Shown in pieces: positions 45,636 to 55,112 of a stretch of 64,000 nt of DNA. The stretch is from IMG/VR virus record IMGVR_UViG_3300035698_006641, positions 1 to 64,000 of that record. One strand, 5' to 3'. Origin of the DNA: a virus. Every line of letters begins with the position of its first letter. The stretch's first letter is position 1. The translations under genes and the position numbers were made by a program. A model generated the notes under the pieces. That model was given only the letters and a program-made list of their open reading frames with translations. It did no database searches and had not been told where the DNA came from.

Positions 45636-47443
45636 TAAACGGGTCCTCCTCCTGCAAGCTGCTGTGTGGCTTGACTTTTAACTTGTCCTCTAATTTGTTC
45701 CATTTTAGCTTTAACCAATGCATGAAGTTCTTGATCGCTTTCACGTAGATTCTTCATTTCAGTCATTCTCGGACCATGTGGCATAGATACCAATTGCTGG
45801 GCCAGCTGATCAACTTGTTGAGCACGCTCAGTAACAGATCCAGACGGGCCTATATTCAGGGCTGACTGGGGTCCTGCAACAGGCCCACCAGCTGCTCCAG
45901 CAGCCATACTAGGATCACCTACAGCTCCCGCAGGCATCATACCTTGTCCGGCCAGCATACCTTGTACCTGCATTTGCTCATCAGTTTCCTTTTGAAAATC
46001 AGCTTGTGCTTCTTGTTCGGCCCGCATTTCATTAATAATCTGCTCCTGTTCTTCTTGAGGATCGATTCCCCAAGTACCAAAAGCAGTTCTCTTTGATACC
46101 ATGTTCGATGAGGCTAATTGTAATAGAAGCTGTCTTCGTTCCAAGTCATCCGCTAGTGTTACTTTTTTAAATCCAATTGAGGTCGGCGTTTCCCAGTTCA
46201 TGTACTTCGTAGTGGACTGAACTACAAACTTTAGCCACCCATTAAGAAAACTGGTTATCTCCGGCCATGACTGTTGCAAAACTCTAAGAGCCATAGGAGC
46301 AGCTTGCAAAGATATAGAACCCCTGTATAGCTCTGGAGCGATTCCAATACCGGATAAGAGTTCATCGATACCTTGCATGATGAGCTCTGGAGTAGCCATT
46401 GTACCTTCGCCGCTAATAGCCTGATAGTTCATAGGTATCGGGGAGAAGTTCCAAGATGTAGGGTTTTCTCTATGCCTGGCAACCATGTTGGCTACGGAGC
46501 TATTAACTAACTCGCTATCAACCGATGCCATCCATGGACCCTGGTTGTCTGTAGGCTGAGATGAAGGAGACAGCAGTCGAAATGGGACCATGTAGTCCTG
46601 TGCTAACGAAGAGTTAGCTTTCTTAAGTGTCTGTACATAAAATGCTTGAGAGAAATTAGACATGATTTTAGGCATACCATATCCCTGTAGATTAACAGAA
46701 GCTAGTGTATCCTCGGCAGCATAATGTACGAAATCATTGTTGAATAGGAAAAGTTTATCCTCAGCAATAGTAGACAGGAACTCCAACGGTAAGTCCTTCA
46801 CTATGAATTGGTCTCCTGCCTTAACTTTCTGTCTGAGGTCCACGGGTATATCCCAGTAGACATCGGCGCGTCCGGAGTACGGGTGATAGCGTACAGATAT
46901 GTCGTAAGGGGACCAACGTTGCATTGTGATTCGGTCTTTATCAAAAGACTTGCGGTCAACAACTTTCATCTTTCCTTTAAACCCACACTGACATGCAGCT
47001 ACAAAATCAGAACCACCTTCGAAGGACCAAGACATATTATCTATGTATCGTTCTGAGTGGCATTTTGGGCATCTAAGGAATCTATTAAACGGGAATATCA
47101 TAGAGCTAGCGGTCATCCCACAGGAAATCAAATCATCACCAACAGCAGCAGCATTGCGTGTTACATTGAATGTTGATGTTAGATACTCCTGTAAGTCCTT
47201 ACGTTGCTCTTCAGCTTGAGTAAACTCAGGCTCGGTTATGAAGTACCTAATGATACGTTCAGCCGCGGAACGATAGACTCCGTGCTTTAACCAGAACATG
47301 GTGCATAAATCCAAGGTCTCTTTTAGAGAATTTGGCAGCATAGCACTTCCAATATCTAAAAAAGGGGACGGGTATTCCCCCTCCTTATTGGAGAGGCCCG
47401 CAGAAATTCCATTCTTAAAAATCGTATCAGTTACTGCGGCCAT
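45635..47443 (-). CDS. Probable portal protein with Zn-ribbon insertion
   Basis: 602 aa; GYGMPKI, GIAPEL and SKRTAF portal-like segments; CPKC...CQCG insert; Gln/Gly/Pro-rich tail. Confidence 0.55.
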   Translation of the reverse strand: MAAVTDTIFKNGISAGLSNKEGEYPSPFLDIGSAMLPNSLKETLDLCTMFWLKHGVYRSAAERIIRYFITEPEFTQAEEQRKDLQEYLTSTFNVTRNAAAVGDDLISCGMTASSMIFPFNRFLRCPKCHSERYIDNMSWSFEGGSDFVAACQCGFKGKMKVVDRKSFDKDRITMQRWSPYDISVRYHPYSGRADVYWDIPVDLRQKVKAGDQFIVKDLPLEFLSTIAEDKLFLFNNDFVHYAAEDTLASVNLQGYGMPKIMSNFSQAFYVQTLKKANSSLAQDYMVPFRLLSPSSQPTDNQGPWMASVDSELVNSSVANMVARHRENPTSWNFSPIPMNYQAISGEGTMATPELIMQGIDELLSGIGIAPELYRGSISLQAAPMALRVLQQSWPEITSFLNGWLKFVVQSTTKYMNWETPTSIGFKKVTLADDLERRQLLLQLASSNMVSKRTAFGTWGIDPQEEQEQIINEMRAEQEAQADFQKETDEQMQVQGMLAGQGMMPAGAVGDPSMAAGAAGGPVAGPQSALNIGPSGSVTERAQQVDQLAQQLVSMPHGPRMTEMKNLRESDQELHALVKAKMEQIRGQVKSQATQQLAGGGPV

Positions 47444-47573
47444 TAGAATCCTTTTTTTCTTTTAGTTTCAAGCAGTCGCCACATAGGGCTTCCTTGTTCC
47501 TAATCTTAACAGAAGCTGCTCCGCATATTACACACGGAGTCAGCCCTGGTTTAATTTTTCCTATTTTTATCAC
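47427..47573 (-). CDS. Small Zn-finger protein (48 aa)
   Basis: Manual translation from GTG: ...TPCVICG...ALCGDCLK...; leaderless after promoter. Confidence 0.55.
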   Translation of the reverse strand: MIKIGKIKPGLTPCVICGAASVKIRNKEALCGDCLKLKEKKDSNGRSN

Positions 47574-47580
47574 AGAATCA

Positions 47581-47609
47581 ATAATAGCGTCTGTTCAATA
47601 ATAAGGCAA
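47581..47609 (-). promoter_or_regulatory. sigma70-type promoter for the portal operon
   Basis: TTGCCT-N17-TATTAT; GTG 7 nt downstream. Confidence 0.55.
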
Positions 47610-47615
47610 CCTATT

Positions 47616-48236
47616 TTAGCCTTCGCTATCATCGGTTAAAATGAACACGTAGTACTGTAGCTCAGACTTAAAGCTTTGATTACCGTAAAAAGCATTATAC
47701 GAGTCGCCTTCGATAACTATCTCGTACATACCTCCTGGTAGGATCATTGGGTTCTCATTAGAGGTTCCGATAGCCAGTGTAGATACAGTGTTAACGGGCG
47801 GTGAGACTATCGCAGTATCCCAGCCTGCAGAAAACAAGAACCCGGAGTCATGCTTGAGAGAGACATTAACTAACTCAGAAGCATTGTTTGAGGGTTTCTG
47901 TACAGGGGGTTGAGCGGACCTAGGACGGCCAATTGAGGCCCCTACGCTATCAACCTCTTCAGCTTCCTCTGGGCTTAACTGTTGTTGAGGAATAACAGGA
48001 GTAGGCGTAACAGCAGGAGTCGAAGCCTCCAAGTCAACATGGACAATTGACTCATTAGGTCCAGCTGTCACTGTGTTGACTGTCATTTTATGTTGTTCAC
48101 CATCTTGTCTAGGTGACTCCCTGGACCCTGAAACACTTGGAAGAGTCAACATACTACCGTCTTCCTCATACCCCCCACGTACTACTTTTACACCCCCGCC
48201 TACATCAACAGCGCCACTCGGTATTGCCTCACTCAT
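47616..48236 (-). CDS. Hypothetical protein
   Basis: 206-aa ORF. Confidence 0.65.
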   Translation of the reverse strand: MSEAIPSGAVDVGGGVKVVRGGYEEDGSMLTLPSVSGSRESPRQDGEQHKMTVNTVTAGPNESIVHVDLEASTPAVTPTPVIPQQQLSPEEAEEVDSVGASIGRPRSAQPPVQKPSNNASELVNVSLKHDSGFLFSAGWDTAIVSPPVNTVSTLAIGTSNENPMILPGGMYEIVIEGDSYNAFYGNQSFKSELQYYVFILTDDSEG

Positions 48237-48544
48237 TTTACATCTTTCTGGTTGTAACGACGCTTTCTATACTTTGGGGTTTTGTGCATAACAGTGGCGT
48301 CGTTAAACTCTTTGTCGCATTCTTCTGATCCGGAGATAGTCAGTATCGATAAAGGACATTCTTCTCCGTCCTGCACCTCACCGAAGGAGTCTGACGTTGG
48401 AACTTCCACTACGACCTCCCCATCGGCATCCTCGAACGTCTTTGATCCTCCACGGACCACAAACGTATCGTCTCCAATATCTTCTGCATCTTTTGGTATA
48501 TCATCTTTATTCATTTTGATTGTCCCTCTTTGTAAGTAACTCAT
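48233..48544 (-). CDS. Acidic hypothetical protein
   Basis: Coupled ORF. Confidence 0.6.
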   Translation of the reverse strand: MSYLQRGTIKMNKDDIPKDAEDIGDDTFVVRGGSKTFEDADGEVVVEVPTSDSFGEVQDGEECPLSILTISGSEECDKEFNDATVMHKTPKYRKRRYNQKDVK

Positions 48545-49175
48545 CCACGAGTTCTCGGTATGCTACAGCCTCCTCATAGGATTTATAGCACTCTTTTGTA
48601 AACTCTTTTATTGGTTGTTTTCGTACCGGAGTTAGCTTACATTCCTCAGGTACCCATGTTTTCTTGAATAGGTCTTTAGGTTTCACCTTTTGAATAAACA
48701 CACCTTGAGTGTTAAACACCCATGCGGATTTTATTCCAAAAGTGATACCAGACGTATTATTCTTTCCACTGTTAAAGTCCCCCTTAACGTCAATGTACAG
48801 TGGATTATCACCATCAATAAGAAATACGTCAGGGTAATAATGTAGCATCTCTGGTGCGAACTGTATCACGTAGTCTGGGGTGTATACGTACCGCCCAACC
48901 TTATTCACCTCACGGCTGGTTAGTGTTATAAATGGATAACGTTTTAAGAACTTATACTTTTTACGGATCATTGGAACGGCTTCACACAGTTCAAATGTTC
49001 TCGGTTGGTAATAAAATTCCTCAACTAGACCAGCGTTAATGGCTTCAATAAGCCACTTATAAACCGAGATCTCTTCGTTCGAGTCGAACTCAATTCCGTT
49101 ATATTCCTTTATTTGCTTTTTCTTCAATTTAGTTATTGCTTTTCCTTTTCTGGCATGATAACGTGCCGACTTCAA
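48507..49175 (-). CDS. DUF1064-like PD-(D/E)XK nuclease
   Basis: EFDSNEE, YQPRTFEL, YTPDY, IDVKG. Confidence 0.75.
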   Translation of the reverse strand: MKSARYHARKGKAITKLKKKQIKEYNGIEFDSNEEISVYKWLIEAINAGLVEEFYYQPRTFELCEAVPMIRKKYKFLKRYPFITLTSREVNKVGRYVYTPDYVIQFAPEMLHYYPDVFLIDGDNPLYIDVKGDFNSGKNNTSGITFGIKSAWVFNTQGVFIQKVKPKDLFKKTWVPEECKLTPVRKQPIKEFTKECYKSYEEAVAYRELVDELLTKRDNQNE

Positions 49176-49198
49176 TCACATTAACGAAAGAGAAAATA

Positions 49199-49453
49199 AT
49201 GAATGAAGAAACCATACTACCATTGTTAATCCAAGAACTATCTGCTGAATCAGAGATTCCAATTCAAGAGATACACCGACAATCAAATCTTGAGAAAGAT
49301 CTTGGGTTATCGGATGAATCTCTTGAGTTTATGTTAGTCTCGCTTCAAGATATTATCCCTGGAGATTTTGATCTCAGTTCAATCCACCTCGTCGAGGAGT
49401 GCGGGACCGTTGAGGGGATCTTGGATGCCATCGTAGACCTCATACTCTCTTAG
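49199..49453 (+). CDS. Acyl-carrier-protein-like protein
   Basis: Acidic 84 aa; SNLEKDLGLSDESLE...TVEGILDAI. Confidence 0.55.
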   Translation: MNEETILPLLIQELSAESEIPIQEIHRQSNLEKDLGLSDESLEFMLVSLQDIIPGDFDLSSIHLVEECGTVEGILDAIVDLILS

Positions 49454-49630
49454 TCCTGGAGGCATACCGGCATAAAGGCCGTAACCTACTACAGCAACGG
49501 CTGTCTTAACTGCACCTAGGGTCGTAACTATGCGGCCCTCTTTTGCGTCATAGGCCTGTTTTAACTTAGCCTTCCGATTAATGCATGTACCCGTTATGGC
49601 ATCAATGCACTTTTTAATGTGATTACTCAT
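49379..49630 (-). CDS. Hypothetical protein
   Basis: ATGA-coupled to upstream gene. Confidence 0.5.
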   Translation of the reverse strand: MSNHIKKCIDAITGTCINRKAKLKQAYDAKEGRIVTTLGAVKTAVAVVGYGLYAGMPPGLREYEVYDGIQDPLNGPALLDEVD

Positions 49631-49992
49631 ACTATAGTCTTTCTATTAGCTTTGTGGATCTCTAGTCTTCTTTTATTAACTTCTTTCATTCTAAAGTCAA
49701 CGAACTCACCGTTACGGCGCATAATCTCCTGTTGAGATCTTGCCTCAGCAGCAGCGCCCATAAGCATATCGTAAAGCTCTTTTACTTGACGGTGACTTAT
49801 AATGTTTTCTAGTCTCAAATGGCCAATAGCCTCGGCCCTATCAAGAGCTTCATCTACAGTCATTGAATTTGCTCTAGTAACATTGTTTTCTCTCAACGTT
49901 ATGAGTACTTCTCCGTTATAAGCCTCAACGGAGTGTATCAAAGAGAAGAAATCAACTGACACTTTCTTGTATCTCCGATTGAGCTTTAACAA
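49627..49992 (-). CDS. Hypothetical protein
   Basis: Coupled ORF. Confidence 0.6.
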   Translation of the reverse strand: MLKLNRRYKKVSVDFFSLIHSVEAYNGEVLITLRENNVTRANSMTVDEALDRAEAIGHLRLENIISHRQVKELYDMLMGAAAEARSQQEIMRRNGEFVDFRMKEVNKRRLEIHKANRKTIV

Positions 49993-50641
49993 CCGCCCTC
50001 AATCTACTTTTTAGAGCAATGGATGTCGGTTTAGTAACAAACCCTAACTCCCCTGTCTTAAAGTTGATTTGTGGTTGGAGTTCACCGCGTAACGTGAAAG
50101 GAAGAAAAATGCGTACACGCATTAAGTTATCATCACTCTCACCGATCTTTAGTTTTCGAACTGGATCCTGGATCATTGCATCTTGATAAGTAATACCAAA
50201 AAGTTTTCCATCTCTGCTTAGAGCCTGAGAGCACATAAAGTCTGTTAGGTTCTCAAGGTACTCTTTTCCGACTGCATGAAATGAATCATTCCATGTACCC
50301 ACAACTGTATTACCATGTAGTACATCAAGACCCTTGGCAAACTGTGGAGTTTTAATCGTAAGGAACTGTATGTCTTCTACTTCACCAGCGTACTGGTCAA
50401 GGAAGGAGTAGGGGACCTGTATGGTTACATACACAGGACCCATCATGAAGAAAGCTACGTCAGGGATGTCCTTGACGCAACTAACTTCAAATACCTCGTC
50501 TGTATCTGCGGCTTTAAGTTGGAGATCTTCCGTTTGGAAAATTCTACCCTCCCTATAGTCCTTGCAAAGTTTTAAGGTATCCTTCTCAAAAGACAGCATC
50601 TCGGCAACAAACTGCTCGGGGTTAACTGTCTCCTTAGACAT
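49952..50641 (-). CDS. Hypothetical protein
   Basis: 229-aa ORF. Confidence 0.7.
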   Translation of the reverse strand: MSKETVNPEQFVAEMLSFEKDTLKLCKDYREGRIFQTEDLQLKAADTDEVFEVSCVKDIPDVAFFMMGPVYVTIQVPYSFLDQYAGEVEDIQFLTIKTPQFAKGLDVLHGNTVVGTWNDSFHAVGKEYLENLTDFMCSQALSRDGKLFGITYQDAMIQDPVRKLKIGESDDNLMRVRIFLPFTLRGELQPQINFKTGELGFVTKPTSIALKSRLRAVVKAQSEIQESVS

Positions 50642-51072
50642 TACACGCTCTCCGGGTCTGTTCCGTCTTCGGGAGTATCTTCACCAGGCTGTTCGTTGTC
50701 TTCAGGATTTCTGTCCTTAGACTCTTCTTTGCTTGTGACGGAAGCAGCTGCTTCGAGTCCCAATTTTGCGAAGTGAGTCATGATAATCTGGAGTACATTA
50801 AAGATACGATATTTTATGTTTTCCAGGTTGAACTGTCCTTGAGCCTCTAGCATGTCACCAACGGTCTTCTGAGCTTCCTCTAAAGAATCCGGTGCCTCTA
50901 GGGCAATATGCTGCAAAGCATAACTACGAAGCATCTCAGACGTCATAAGAGTATCCAGCATAGCCATCCCGAAGGGGGACAGCTCAATACCATCTATTTT
51001 GTTAAGATCAGCGATTACTTCTTTTTTTGCACCCACAGTATTTCCTTGTGAGTCTACTAATTGTTGTACCAT
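50641..51072 (-). CDS. Hypothetical protein
   Basis: 143-aa ORF. Confidence 0.7.
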   Translation of the reverse strand: MVQQLVDSQGNTVGAKKEVIADLNKIDGIELSPFGMAMLDTLMTSEMLRSYALQHIALEAPDSLEEAQKTVGDMLEAQGQFNLENIKYRIFNVLQIIMTHFAKLGLEAAASVTSKEESKDRNPEDNEQPGEDTPEDGTDPESV

Positions 51073-51075
51073 ATG

Positions 51076-51348
51076 TTATTTTTCCTCTTGTTGTTGTTGT
51101 TCAATTTTGTTTTCTTGTTCTTCTGTCGGCCAGTATGAAATCCATCTAGCACTACGGTGAGCGAAATCACCTGTGTTGCAAAAGTCGATCACCCAACATG
51201 ACTCCATCCACCTTGTTTGATGGGTTTTAGAGTACGGACCGCCTAGCGGCAGACGTATTGGGAATATAGCAAATAGTTTCCTATACTTTTCGTCACCGCG
51301 AACCGCTGGAACTTCAGCAGGTGGAGATTTTCTCACTTTTCCTCTCAT
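51076..51348 (-). CDS. Hypothetical protein
   Basis: 90-aa ORF. Confidence 0.6.
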   Translation of the reverse strand: MRGKVRKSPPAEVPAVRGDEKYRKLFAIFPIRLPLGGPYSKTHQTRWMESCWVIDFCNTGDFAHRSARWISYWPTEEQENKIEQQQQEEK

Positions 51349-51353
51349 ACACT

Positions 51354-54300
51354 TTACTCACTTTCTATATTCTTAATACTGTCAGACTCGTGATACAGCC
51401 GAATAGCGGCCTCTTCCTGGCGAGGAGCACTAAAGCTTTTGATCTTCTTTAGGTACCCAATTATACGAGTAGCGTGGCTAATATCTTCAGATCCACATTT
51501 GAGACATTTAGTCTGCTTGGAGAACTCAACGTGGCCACAGTCAGGATTTTCACAACATGTTCGTAGTACGTTGGTTGTAAAGTATTCACACCCTGAATGA
51601 ATAGCCAAATTAATAAGAGCTATATACCCTTCTTTAGTGGGATGCTCATCTAAGTTTAAATGCAGAGCCTGTCCACCATCGAAGTTTTTAATAAACTCTG
51701 ACCCATGAAGCATAAATTTGTCCACAATAGAGATCTTTGGATCCTCGACCGGGAACATATATGAGTTATAGCAATCACGAGGAACTCGAAGCCCATCCTG
51801 TTTATCCCATCTGGCATTCTTTTTAGCGAGACTTTCAGCTGGAACTTGCTCAGTATTAAATTTGTATCCATACTCTTTTTTGGCTGCTTTATTAGCCTCG
51901 GAGATGGTCACCAATACTTTGTTAACGAACTCTAGATACTCTCCGTCCGGGGTAATAGGGATCCCTTGAGACTCTGCGGCCTCTACAATACCATTTACTC
52001 CAATAGTGAGAAACTGCTTATCCATATCAACGAACCCTGCATCGTAGAATGGGTATAGTCCGGAGTCTCTAAATCTCTCAAAGATATGTCGATGGGCCAC
52101 TTGGTATTTGTGAACACGATCAACAATGCTTTTAAGATTCTTTCCCTCTTGGACTATTCTACTTATATTCAGGGTTATCACGTTTAACGACCCAGTGGAC
52201 ACCCCACCAGCACCTAGAGAATATGAGAACTCATTAGGTTCATCTTCGTCCTCTAACAAAGAGTTTTTAAGACGGCAGCAACTTGAGAGGCTATCTACAC
52301 TCTTGCTGAGATACATGAACATGAGACTACCCTTACTCAAGTCATCAGCAATCATGTCAACAAACTCCGGGTCTTTTGGACTAATACCGTCATGCAGGAT
52401 TGTAGCGGTCTTGACAGGGAACGTGAGTACTGACTTAGTATTCTCTTCCCGAATCATATCAAGAGCATACTCTTGAAGTTTGTTGTAGGACTTCCAATTT
52501 GGTTTAATCTCCGGGATTGACGGGTAATACATGGCACCATACAGAGCGTCGAAATAAGACCTATCAAAGATACTGATGTTCGTGAAACAGCTTTGGGCGT
52601 TTCTTGATCCAGCAGGCTCATTAATTGTGTACAGAAATGTTTCTAAGCTTTGTTTAATATCCTCTAGATTAGTCTCTAGATAATTATCACCGTAGTCATG
52701 TCTAGCAAAAGCATCGAAATGAATTAAAGCCCCAGGGATTCCTACAGCACCAGCTACCTGGCTGCTAACCATAAACACAGTGTTAAGCAATTGCCCGACA
52801 TATGCTTGAAGGTGCTTCGGTGGTCCACTCTTACCTCCAAGAGCCTTGGTTCCTTTTTCTAACATTGGAAACAGACTTATAGCCGCACAATTATGAACCC
52901 ACAACCCGTTACATACAAAGGTACTAGACTCGGTTGTTATATCGTAAATGTAATCCATGGAATCCACAACATTACCCGACGTAATAGGCTTAACAGAGTC
53001 TATTGAGCACCACCCGCTTGTATACTTTATATAAGCATCCTTTTCAATCATGTGCTTAGCCTTAAAGGAGTGCGGTAACTCTGGGCACCCAGGGCGTTTG
53101 TTAAAACATATTCCCCAGATGTCGTAGTTTGTGGTGTACTCGGTGTTGTTCCCAAAAGGCAACGATTGGTGCTGATTTCCTCCGGTGTATCCAAAGTGGT
53201 GCAACAGGGTCGTGAGTTGGGTTATAGCTCCTCTTGAGGAAAGTCTGATATTACCAGACCCGTTGTTTATGTTTCCATCACTGTCCAGAAGACCGGAGAT
53301 TACCCCCAGGGCAAACCCTTCGGTGAATTGGGTTATGTTTACGGGAAGAGTTTTGTTACTGGACCCATGCGATATACCTAAGACTTGACTCATAAACCGA
53401 ACCAACTCGTGAGAATTGATCCGAAGTCTGGTGCAGTCCGTCACGTGACTCCCAGACGGCTTTACGTCTAACACCGAATGCAGTCCGAATTCCCTGTATG
53501 CGATATCTGCCAATTCCTTCAAAGGCTGGGTATCTTTCTGGGTAAAACATAATTCAGAGGATAAGCCCTCTCCGTCCGGGGACATGTGGTAATTTCCGTC
53601 TCCAATAAAGAATCCAACAAAATATCCTACACTAGAGTTAAGATTAATGTGTTTCCTAAACGGCTTAAAGCTACCGCCCTCTATTGTCTGCGTTAAGTAA
53701 TAAGAATCAAACTCTTGGATCGGGTTTGACGCAGACTGATACATATTGATAGATTCTTGTCCATTAAACTCCAACTCCGAACCAACCCTTAATTGATTCC
53801 CCTCAGCGCAATCAGCCGCTACCGTAGTGTCCTCCTTATCCTCACTCATTATCATAGGGTGATTATCTGTGACAATTATATCCTCACCGAATGTTGTCTT
53901 GACTCGCACCATGTCACGGTGACGGCGCTTCCTTACAAGCCTAGTTATATTAGTAGTACCGTCCTTATCTTTTATACTCATATCAATTGGATACTTACAA
54001 TACACCTCATCGTCGATATTGTCTAATTCCTCGAACTCGGAGCACAAGGAATAAAGGCTTTCAAATGGACACAGATAATTCACTCCTTTATAAGAGACTG
54101 AAATAGTCTCAAACGGACTGTAGGTATATGACGTAGCAAGACTTGTTTCATCATTGATATAGATCGCATGATCCTCAATGTCTCGTATGTATTGTTTAGC
54201 CAGTCTACGACCCTGATCTGGACCAAAGGACTTAACTAATTGTTCTTGTAGTAAAGCTCGGTTTATCTGAATATCTTCACTTTTATGGGCCTCACCTTTC

Positions 54301-54455
54301 AATGACGCAATAGTCTTTTGTTCTTGGTTAGCGTTTGGATCCACTAAAGCACCAGTTGCCGCATTGTCTGCATCGACATAATTGTCTATTGCATCCAAGT
54401 GAAAGCAAGTTTGATCCTTCGTTAGTTCCATCATAGTAATCGATTTTTTACGCAT
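51354..54455 (-). CDS. nrdD: Anaerobic (class III) ribonucleotide reductase with LAGLIDADG intein
   Basis: YINDETS..Y|C, LTFPV, SSCCRL, EQVPAE, GGQALH, C-terminal Zn site, TRIIGYL glycyl-radical motif. Confidence 0.95.
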   Translation of the reverse strand: MRKKSITMMELTKDQTCFHLDAIDNYVDADNAATGALVDPNANQEQKTIASLKGEAHKSEDIQINRALLQEQLVKSFGPDQGRRLAKQYIRDIEDHAIYINDETSLATSYTYSPFETISVSYKGVNYLCPFESLYSLCSEFEELDNIDDEVYCKYPIDMSIKDKDGTTNITRLVRKRRHRDMVRVKTTFGEDIIVTDNHPMIMSEDKEDTTVAADCAEGNQLRVGSELEFNGQESINMYQSASNPIQEFDSYYLTQTIEGGSFKPFRKHINLNSSVGYFVGFFIGDGNYHMSPDGEGLSSELCFTQKDTQPLKELADIAYREFGLHSVLDVKPSGSHVTDCTRLRINSHELVRFMSQVLGISHGSSNKTLPVNITQFTEGFALGVISGLLDSDGNINNGSGNIRLSSRGAITQLTTLLHHFGYTGGNQHQSLPFGNNTEYTTNYDIWGICFNKRPGCPELPHSFKAKHMIEKDAYIKYTSGWCSIDSVKPITSGNVVDSMDYIYDITTESSTFVCNGLWVHNCAAISLFPMLEKGTKALGGKSGPPKHLQAYVGQLLNTVFMVSSQVAGAVGIPGALIHFDAFARHDYGDNYLETNLEDIKQSLETFLYTINEPAGSRNAQSCFTNISIFDRSYFDALYGAMYYPSIPEIKPNWKSYNKLQEYALDMIREENTKSVLTFPVKTATILHDGISPKDPEFVDMIADDLSKGSLMFMYLSKSVDSLSSCCRLKNSLLEDEDEPNEFSYSLGAGGVSTGSLNVITLNISRIVQEGKNLKSIVDRVHKYQVAHRHIFERFRDSGLYPFYDAGFVDMDKQFLTIGVNGIVEAAESQGIPITPDGEYLEFVNKVLVTISEANKAAKKEYGYKFNTEQVPAESLAKKNARWDKQDGLRVPRDCYNSYMFPVEDPKISIVDKFMLHGSEFIKNFDGGQALHLNLDEHPTKEGYIALINLAIHSGCEYFTTNVLRTCCENPDCGHVEFSKQTKCLKCGSEDISHATRIIGYLKKIKSFSAPRQEEAAIRLYHESDSIKNIESE
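52890..54125 (-). mobile_element. Intein (412 aa) with LAGLIDADG homing endonuclease; residue 1 is Thr
   Basis: TYSPFETISV block A, VTDNHP block B, GYFVGFFIGDG and ISGLLDSDG, YIYDITT...VHN|C. Confidence 0.9.
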
Positions 54456-54524
54456 TGTGCTCCTGTTAGTTGCTGTCTTTTAGTAATACGGATCTAGCGT
54501 GAGTACCAAACTCGCCTTTTGGCT

Positions 54525-54986
54525 TTATTTCCGTTGTGACTTTCTAAATAGGTGATTCAGGTTCTCACCTGTATTCACATTAATAAATATTTGGTTGGTT
54601 TTTTCAGAGTCCAACGCGCCGAGCTCTTCTCGGTAATCTCCCGTTTTTAAATAATCAAGCTGTCCTTTGCAATCACAGGTATCAAGTCCAGTATAGAGGC
54701 AAGTTTTAAAACCTTTAGCTATAGCAACACTTAAAAAGTCCGTTAGGTCAGAACACCAGTCCCCACCAAGAAAAGTTACACAAGTAACCATCCCGACTAA
54801 AGGGCTTAATATATCATCAAACTGTTGAAGGCTCATCTCTGGTCCTTCGGTGTCCAATTTTGCCCAAGAACATCCTGGGCAGTTATTAGGGCACCCAGAT
54901 ACGCCTAATGTTAACGATACCTCTCCGGGTACCTCAATTAGCGTAATCTGTTTCTCAAAAATCCTCATTAAATCTCCAAAATGCAA
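54525..54986 (-). CDS. nrdG: Anaerobic RNR activating enzyme
   Basis: EVPGEVSL, CPNNCPGC, FLGGD, YTG, KTG, TNQ. Confidence 0.92.
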   Translation of the reverse strand: MHFGDLMRIFEKQITLIEVPGEVSLTLGVSGCPNNCPGCSWAKLDTEGPEMSLQQFDDILSPLVGMVTCVTFLGGDWCSDLTDFLSVAIAKGFKTCLYTGLDTCDCKGQLDYLKTGDYREELGALDSEKTNQIFINVNTGENLNHLFRKSQRK

Positions 54987-55112
54987 GTGTTAAATATTAC
55001 ATTTTGTGTTTTCCATTTCAAGGATAATTTTTAGTACAAATTACATAACAGCCGTAAAATACTGCTGGGGAGTACGTTACGGCTGAAACGAATTTTTGTA
55101 TTCAGTGTAGCA

